A stretch of DNA of 64,000 bases. Origin: Marsupella aquatica. Taxonomy: Eukaryota > Plantae > Marchantiophyta. How positions within the stretch are numbered: the first letter of the stretch is position 1; each line of letters begins with the position of its first letter. Position numbers and translations under genes: made by a program. Below, one piece after another: positions 56,001-64,000 of the stretch. The stretch is taken from NCBI GenBank assembly GCA_973895155.1, contig OZ316896.1, forward strand, positions 5,213,925 to 5,277,924. Reading direction: 5' to 3'. The notes beneath the pieces are model-generated. The model ran no database searches. It had not been told where the DNA came from and worked only from the letters and a program-made list of their open reading frames with translations.

Positions 56001-58207
56001 GGAGTGTTGCCCAAAGCTCTCCATAATTATCCAAACTTTGCGTAATGCAAAAGCTTCCGATGAAATCTCAATATGTAATTGAGGTCGCCGACACGGAAAG
56101 AAAGATCACAGCTCAACGATCAAAGTGTGTTCTGGAAGGGCTACTGTAGGTCCAATGCACCATGCAACTAAACTTCTTGAGTTTTCCATTTATGCACCAG
56201 TTTGTCGGATGGACTAAATTTCCGATAGTGGGATGGATGAACACATTCGCTACACTAATAATCCATGACACAATTCCAAACGAGATCTAGCTCATTCATA
56301 GCGAGACTCATTGTTGTATAGAATGAATGACTCGACCAGTGAGTGTTTGTAAAGCAATTCAATTCTCTTCCAATAATGTTCCCAGTACTTCCCATTACCA
56401 AGACATCGGACTATGGTAATTTCCAAAAGCAAACACAATGACCACGATGTCTTCATCAGAAGTTTGGCTCAGCACTGGCTGTTGCTCCGGCTTGGGCAGT
56501 GACATGGCGAGGGCTGCTCGTGCTCATAGCTAGTGACAAGCTTATCGCAACGGCTCCACTCGATCAAGAGCTTGAAGGCTGCGGGCGCTACACTCGCGTT
56601 GGACGTCACCGCGGGGCGAGCCACAATTTAAACATTGCAGCAAGTCAACCACGATTGATGAAGGCCTATGGGGGAGCACGAGTGGGGAATAGAAGTTTAG
56701 AAAGTCTAGAGCAGTCCCTAATAGAATCCACTCTGGTCGATAGATCTCTAGATATCAAGTTGACTATACGTTGTGAGAATCCACTCAAAGAGAGCAACTC
56801 AAACCGCAGTAGATTGGACTTCCGGGGTGTCAGGCAGAGGAGGAGAGGAGATATGTTCTAGCTGTCTGCCATGGCCATCAATCACCAATCCTCGTTCAAT
56901 CTTAGGAGTCAAGACGTTGTTGACTGGTTCATTCTCGCATACAGATAGCCTGATTATTCATGCCGATTGTAGAGCCTTGCCCGTGCTAAGACTGAAAACT
57001 ATGAACAAAACCTAATGAAAAAGAACTTGCTTCATCAATGAATCCATGCACCATTGCTACCGCTCGCCATCGCTATCGTGAGGTCCACTTACCACCAACA
57101 ATACCAACTCTGGACATGTACGAGCTAGGATGCAATTACCATAGCTTACTGGTCACTTGGACAGAGAACGTCCATGCCAGAACCCCCAGCTGAGAACAAC
57201 TGAACTCCACAACCCAAAGCTCGAACCTCCTTCCAAGCGGTCCAAGCTGAATAAGAACCAAAAACTTTGCATGCGCATCCATATCTTTTCGGGACAGAAA
57301 TGGCATAAGACGACAACCAATGCACAACTGCTACTGGTATGAACCAGCGATTTTATGGATTGCTCTATTATAAGCTCCGATTGCACAATCGAGCTGTCGC
57401 TTTCTCGAGTCTCTACTGCCAGATTGTGCTTGATTTACGTCTCTGCTCATTTTTGTTGACGAATGATGTTCGCACATTGCTAAGCAAAAGATATGACAGC
57501 TTAGCAACGCCGCAACATTGCTTCATTCTTTATGAACATTCGATCATCTCAAACCACATGATGTCAGTGAGCATATCGACTTCACATAACTAAAGTTTCC
57601 TAACCTTCTGTGTCCATCCTGTAACCAATTCCACAATGTTTGTGAAGATCGCGATTCGGCAATGCTTCTCCTTCCTTTGGCCATGCACTTCAAGGTAGAC
57701 GTAGATGAGCTTTAGGTAGTTCCCAGGTGCAATGATCGTTTTACACATAAGGACACGGTAACCATTTCCACAATGTTTGTGAGGATCACGATTCAGCGCT
57801 GCCTTTGGCCATGCATGCACTTCAAGTTAGACGTAGATGAGCCGAGAGATGAGCAGGGTAGTTCCCAAGTGCAATTATCAATTTACACATAGCAACACGA
57901 AAGGGTCAACATGGTTTACACTCAACGGGAGCCGGCTAGTTCGTTGCTGCAATTCTCTTTTTACACACAACATATAGGGTCGGGGGCAAGGTGGCATGGT
58001 TTACACACAATTTACACGTTAGAGGCAAGATGTGTAGGACAAATCCATTTGCATCTGTTGTGAGGGAAGGTATGAACCTACTAACTATTAAACTCTTGCA
58101 TCTTTTTCCCTAGTGCATTCTTGTGAGCTTGGTACTAGACAAATATAAGGACTTCTAATTTACAAAAATGTTGTTATTGTATTGTTATGGTTGCCAGAGT
58201 AGGAGAA

Positions 58208-61200
58208 ATGGTCCGGCAACCACATAAGATTGATTATCACCGAGTTGGGGGCAATATTGCATTTAGGCTTCCTGTCAGTCATATAAGTACATACCATCAC
58301 TTACAGGGTGCCCTACAAATGTCCCATGGGAAGGTGGTGGCTTGGCTAATGGATGGTATGTCCATGCAAATCTCTGCTGCTATTAGTGCTCATCATAGAC
58401 GGGATGAAGAGGAAGTAATAGCATTTGAGGGTCCTAATGACTTTGGATGGATAAATAATGAACACCTTGCTAATGATGATGACTTGGGAACATTTGGGAC
58501 CATAGCCGAGGTACTTTTAATATCATTTTTCCTTCAACTTTCAAGATTGCTTTCTTTCACTATTCCCTGTTTTCTAGGTTTTCATTCGAGTAAACCTCTT
58601 CTAGCATCTTTTTTCTCTATTTAAAAAATTGGGGTTATCCAGAATGTAGAGGTTTTGACTTTGGTAAATCATGATTTAGTATCGTTGTTGACACTGTATG
58701 TTTTTATTTATTTCTTGCAGCCATGTTGTGGTGCACTATCATCCTTTCCAAATGGTGACAACACCATTCCTAACGAGGCATCACCTTCAGACGAGGAGCA
58801 AGATGATTCAGACTTGAACACTAGTGTATTTGACCACATTGAGTCTGGGGAGGAGGATGCAGAGCACATTTCAGATTCCAACATAGATGTGGAAAATGGT
58901 TCTATGATGTCCAATTCCCAGGTAACTTTGTTTAGGGTTTTTAATCCTTTTGCTTTGTGTTACATTTGTTCCATAAATTGACAAGTTATGCAAATGACGA
59001 AGTTTACTTTACATAAAAATGCATTCATTTTATGTAAACCTCTGTATCTTCAACTAAGAAACAAATATTGCACACTAAACTCGTAACATATGTCAAATGA
59101 GGATGGTGCCAATCATTTGCTAGAACTGGCTGATCCAAGTACATTTGGATTGGACAATACGGTTTTCATGGATTCTGGATTTGAAGAGAATCACACTCAG
59201 GTATTACAGCATTTTTTCACAATGTTGTCATTGACTGTCATTTGGATCAATTCATAGTTATAATTATATTTTTTTCCTATTTTTGCATCTTTACATAGAT
59301 TACTAATTATTGTGTGCTTTTCTAGGCATCTAGCTCTTCGGAGCAAGTAGAAGTTGACTCTCGTTTGGATTTTGAGTACGAGCCATCCTCTCAAGAAAAT
59401 ACAAACGAGTCAGACCCTGAGAGTCTAGTGGAGTATGCTTTTTGGCAAAAAAGCAAGGTCCACGAATTTTTCCAGGAATTTTGTGTGCATTGTCGTGTTG
59501 AAGGTTGTGTTGGTAAGTATTCAGTTGAGGACATTGTGACCCACCATCAATTGTGGATATTGAAGTTGAAGTGCCCAATAGGGCATACACAATCTTTTAT
59601 GACTGGAGAGAATGAACTTCATAGAGGTATGTCATTTGCTCAACTTAATACTACTACTTTTGTATTGAATTAAGTTAAAATTGTGTGTTTCCTTTTAAAA
59701 AGTTTATAAGATCTTGCTTTATTGATCCCAATTATTGATGAATACACTCAGGTGTACCTACAATCACTGGACTGATTTACCACTCCACTCTCTCGGCTGG
59801 TTTAACACACAATATCATATGTGAACTATTCTCTCACATTGCAATCCATGTTCCAAGAAACACTCATTGGTTTCGATTTCAAAATGGAGCCCGAAGAGAC
59901 ATTGGATGGATTGCAGCAGTACTGCAAGTTTGGAATGATAAGAAACAAAGGCTACAACGAAGCCTAGCAGAAAGAGATGGTATGTCATTCTTATTTCTAG
60001 TAAGCATTTGTTAGTTAGCAAGATTGATTGTTTTTACTATATGATACTAGTTTGTTTGAGCATGCATGTACATGTTAGTTTCTAAATATTATTTTGTGGA
60101 TTTATGATAATTGTAGGTTCTACGCCAATGATTTTATATGTGGATTGTCGTTGGGACTCATCACGTTCTGGATATCATGGCACTGTTCCTGTGATAGACG
60201 TTTCTACTAGCAAGATAGTAGAACTTGTAACAATTTACCGAGTTGAGGCTGGGAATTCAAGCGCTATTGAGGCAATTGGTGTTCGTCGTGCCCTGCAACA
60301 TCTTCAGGATGTTGGAGTTACAATTAGTGAGGTTGTTCACGATGATAACCACACAGTTGATGCTATTCTTTGTGAGCTCAATGTTGATAACCAGAAGGAT
60401 CTATGGCACAAATGTAAGAATCTTTTGAAGCAGTTTAACAAAGACCTGGCAAATGTGAAGGAAACAGCACCCGCTGGTGGGATTGATGGTGCAATATCCT
60501 TGCAAGAATTGGGCAGATTCACTGTTCAAGTGTTGTCCAATTGGTGCAAGAATCAGAATTTGAGGTATACAGGTAACAAGACAGACTTGGTGCTTCGCAT
60601 TGGAAGACATAGAGGGCTTCCGGAGGAGGACATCACATTGCGCACCAGGAGGCAATTGAAGTATCCAGAACTAACAGAGAAACAACTTGGTGATAAGTTG
60701 AAGAGTTGGTTCTACTATTGTTGCTGCAATGCAAAAAAAAGGTAGGATGACAACTATGATATTATATTGCATTGAGATTAACTTGAGCAATCAACTCTTT
60801 CATTGTTTGAACTAAGCTAACTCTTGAATTATATTGTATGACTATTTTCTAATAGGGGAAACGATGATGCTACCATGTTGGCTAGGGAGATCATCACAGC
60901 AGCTAATCATTGGGCTGGTAACCATGAACCTTGCAAAAACTTCCTTCCTCGCAAGTGTTGTGAGGAAGGTGCAACTTATATGCCATACTATGCCGCAGGT
61001 ACTGTGTATTGATTATTAAATTTGGTTGTAAGTTATATATTTCTGAGATAAGTAATTTGCTTGGATTGTTACCTAATCTTTTGGGATTTCTAATATTTTT
61101 AAATATATGGATTATTGTGGATTTTGCAGGGGGATCTACACATAGAGCTTTGAAGCAATGGTTGCAAAAGAACATCACTGCAGTCAATGTTCGCTTCTAC

Positions 61201-61491
61201 ACTAGAGCCAGAGCAAACTTTTTCAGTGAAACATTTCATGGAAACATCAACAAATATGCTATGAAAAGGATTCATTTTTCCATGACTCATGAAGCTCGCA
61301 TGGCATGTGCTGCAATGTGCTGGAATGAAAACATTGGTAGAGAGGTGGTACGAATTCGAACACGGCAGCCTAGTAATACATGTACCCGACAGCGTACATC
61401 AAGAGTTCGTGACCTTGTTCCTAGAAGTATCAGGTGGAAGAAAGATGTGGCTCGTATCATATTTGGAATAGGTGTAGACTATGATTTGTGA
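58208..61491 (+). CDS. DDE transposase, Kolobok/Mutator-like, with SAP-like insertion; exons 58208-58510, 58721-58921, 59102-59200, 59326-59626, 59752-59979, 60117-60741, 60856-60998, 61130-61491 (753 aa)
   Basis: Phase-consistent GT-AG model without stops (the exon 3 acceptor is weak). Motifs CVHC..CPIGH, LYVDCRWDS, SSAIEAIG, VVHDD, KDLWH, NHWAGNHEPC and SETFHGNINKYAMKR..ARMACAAMCWNEN. Confidence 0.85.
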
Positions 61492-62381
61492 TATTTTATA
61501 CATTTATTTTGGCTGAAAAGTTCCACCGTTGTCTTGCATTTGACATGTATGGCATATGTAAGTTGTAAGTTAAATTACTATATTCATTTATCATCTTTTT
61601 AGTCCCATAGATCACCTTGCCATCTATTTTTGTTTTTGTAATAGAATATATATAATTTGTAGGATGTGAAAGTTAGGGCTTAGCACCATGAACAAAAATT
61701 GTGAGTTATGTCGCCGTATTACAACTTTGGAAATGGCCAGTCGTGGACCAAGTGTCCCTTACTGGCCATGCCTATGATACATCCTGTAACATGCAGCATG
61801 GCATTGCATTGCAAAAAAACTTAGTGGATACATTGCAAATATTTTTCAAAATTTAACTATACTCCAAAGGGGAATTGAACCCCTCGTGCTGCCATCCAGT
61901 AGGAGTTCCAACCCAAAGGAGGGGGAAGGAGGCACAAGCCAAAAAAACACAAAAAAGTAGCACAAAGAACCCATACAATGATAATACTAGGAATAAACAA
62001 ATATAGATACATTAAAAATCAGAACCTAAAAAAACCAAATGTAGAAACCAGGATGGTATTTGCCTCACATTTCCCAAGGATTTTGCGGTGCAATTGGGAG
62101 AAAAAAGGAGGCACATGCCAAACAAAGAAAAAAATAGTATAGTAGAACAAAGAAAACAATAAGTATTTAAGTAACATAGATGGAAAGGCATAGCTACAAA
62201 GCCTTAGAGCACTAAAGGCATACACCAACATGGTATTTGCTTAGCAGCTCCCAGGTTATTGACACTTGCGACTGGGAAAGGAAAGATGGCACATGTGAAA
62301 CAAACATGAAAAACACTAGTGAAACAAAGAACCCATGAAAAAAACTCAAGTGGTGAAAAGAAAAAAACACAAGTTAGAAAC

Positions 62382-63135
62382 CTAAAATCGGAAACCCACA
62401 TGTTCTTCGCCCGGTAGTTCCCAAGTGGATTGCATTACAGCTGTGACTGCTGCTGGGAAGGGTGTTCTATCAGCAAAGCTAGCAATATATGCTAGTTTGC
62501 GATACACAATATATCTCTGTCGACGAGGAACTGTTTCAGTGTATGCCCATGCAGCACACATATGAAAAGCTTCAGCTGTCGCAGGGGAAAGAACCTGGGC
62601 AGAGTTGAGGTCCTCAAGGTTGTCGTCTATCGCCGTGCAAAAAGCCGGGAACCTAGCAACTATGTCAGCATGTCTCAAAAGTCGGAATTTGCGACGTCCA
62701 GGTCGAGGAACAGGCCATGATAAGTGATATATGTGATCTCCATAGGAGATCAGCTCTGCCGGTCTGTTATGATGCTCGGCGCTCCTACAAAACATATGTA
62801 GGAAATTCAACACATACACTTGTTATCCCTAGAACACTAATGCAAGTAATTTATGTTTGATGGAGGTTATATTGTACAGCCAATTGAGCAACAACAAGCA
62901 AGTATTATGTGTGCATGAAAGAAAGTTAATTGTAAATAAATTCACATAGTTTGCAAGGTAGACAAAGTATATGCATGCAAGGTGCCAACACACGGAAATG
63001 TAAACATGATTGACCAAGAAAAAAATGAAGGGTAATAGCAAGTTTTATGCATGCATATTTGAAAGTCTTCGGTCAGTTGGAAGAAAAAATTAAAATTGTA
63101 GACATGCGTGATTGAATGTACCTGAAATTATTCAT
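62382..63135 (-). CDS. 138-aa KolX / P2X7 cytoplasmic-ballast-like protein; exons 63135-63122, 62784-62382
   Basis: ATG AAT AAT TTC AG|GTACAT...TGTAG|G AGC joins in frame. C-terminus RRQRYIVYRKLA..RTPFPAAVTAVMQSTWELPGEEHVGFRF fits the RxxxYR..RxxxPxCV..IR..FP..G.Y.GF pattern. Confidence 0.7.
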
Positions 63136-63172
63136 TGCAAGGGTGATCGATAACCCCTTCAATAACTTGGGT

Positions 63173-63343
63173 AAGTATTCTGAAGGGATGAGAACAACCA
63201 AACTGCAGAACCGCCGATCAAAGAACACTGAAAGTATTCTGAAGGGATGAGAACAACCGAACTGCAGAACCGCCGATCAAAGAACAAAAGTATTCTGAAG
63301 GGATGAGAACAACCGAACTGCAGAACCGCCGATCAAAGAACAA
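63173..63343. repeat. three ~57-bp tandem copies
   Basis: aagtattctgaagggatgagaacaacc.aactgcagaaccgccgatcaaagaaca three times. Confidence 0.95.
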
Positions 63344-63646
63344 AATGAGCTGCGCGCAGTAGTTCAAGCACGCCCTTCTTCTTTGGAGTGTCCTAAACAC
63401 AAAAACTAGGCTAGCGAACAACCAAGGAAAATGAGCTGCAAGCGGGGCTGCAAGTGTACTTGAAGCATGCCCACCCTTCTTACTAGAGTCGTAAACCAAA
63501 AGTGAGAAGCAGCACAACTACACAGTTTTGGTCGTAAACATAAAGAGCGAGAACCAATTATGGAAGCATAGAGTTTTTATATACACAACCTGTGTGAGCA
63601 CAATAGGCATGGGCAAGGCATTACTGTGAGCGTCACTGGCCATAGC

Positions 63647-63921
63647 AGCGCAAAGTAGCTTCATTGGCCTAATGTATTGTTAGTATGCTGCTTGAATTGA
63701 CAGAGGATGGGCGCCCGGATGGGAGGCCAATTGTAATTGAGTGTGATTGGCCACCGAAAGATTCATAGCATTTCGGATTAGCGCAAAGTAGGTGAGCTTC
63801 ATTGGCCTAATGTATTCTTAGTATGCTGCTTGAATTGATAGAGGATGGGCGCCCGGATGGGAGGCCAATTGTAATTGAGTGTGATTGGCCACCGAAAGAT
63901 TCATAGCATTTTGGATTTGCG
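63647..63921. repeat. ~135-bp tandem duplication
   Basis: cttcattggcctaatgtatt..gaggatgggcgcccggatgggaggccaattgtaattgagtgtgattggccaccgaaagattcatagcattt twice. Confidence 0.93.
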
Positions 63922-64000
63922 TGGGTGATGCACTCATCCACAGGTATGCAAAGACCCGTGCAAAGAGTGTCGGTGAGGATAGACGTTGCCCAAGAAGTGG

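Larger units (their letters stand above)
57621..64000. mobile_element. Kolobok-like two-gene DNA transposon or domesticated derivative; termini not determined
   Basis: Convergent transposase and KolX-like genes with tandemly duplicated flanks (57621-57900, 63173-63343, 63647-63921). No TIR/TTAA pair identified inside the window. Confidence 0.6.

Overview
Eukaryotic nuclear DNA from a land plant. It is probably a non-seed lineage (inference from the plant telomere motif TTTAGGG, SMAP1, and CRE-, Crypton- and Kolobok-like elements). Five host genes could be assembled by hand: cytosolic RPL23/uL14 (minus, runs off the left edge), nucleus-encoded plastid RPL1/uL1c (7 exons, minus), an intronless 177-aa plant protein, cytosolic RPL38/eL38 and SMAP1. 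They lie among MITEs, many local tandem arrays, a decayed CRE-type non-LTR retrotransposon and an internally deleted Crypton/DUF3504-like tyrosine-recombinase relic with a telomeric tract at the break. The main find is at the right end (58.2-63.1 kb): an apparently intact, intron-containing two-gene module. It pairs a 753-aa Kolobok/Mutator-like DDE transposase carrying an inserted SAP-like domain with a convergent 138-aa protein whose C-terminus resembles the P2X7-ballast/KolX motif. A second find is that RPL23 intron 1 is built from tandem copies of its own start-codon microexon, two of which keep both ATG and GT donor. All assignments are by eye, with no database searches.
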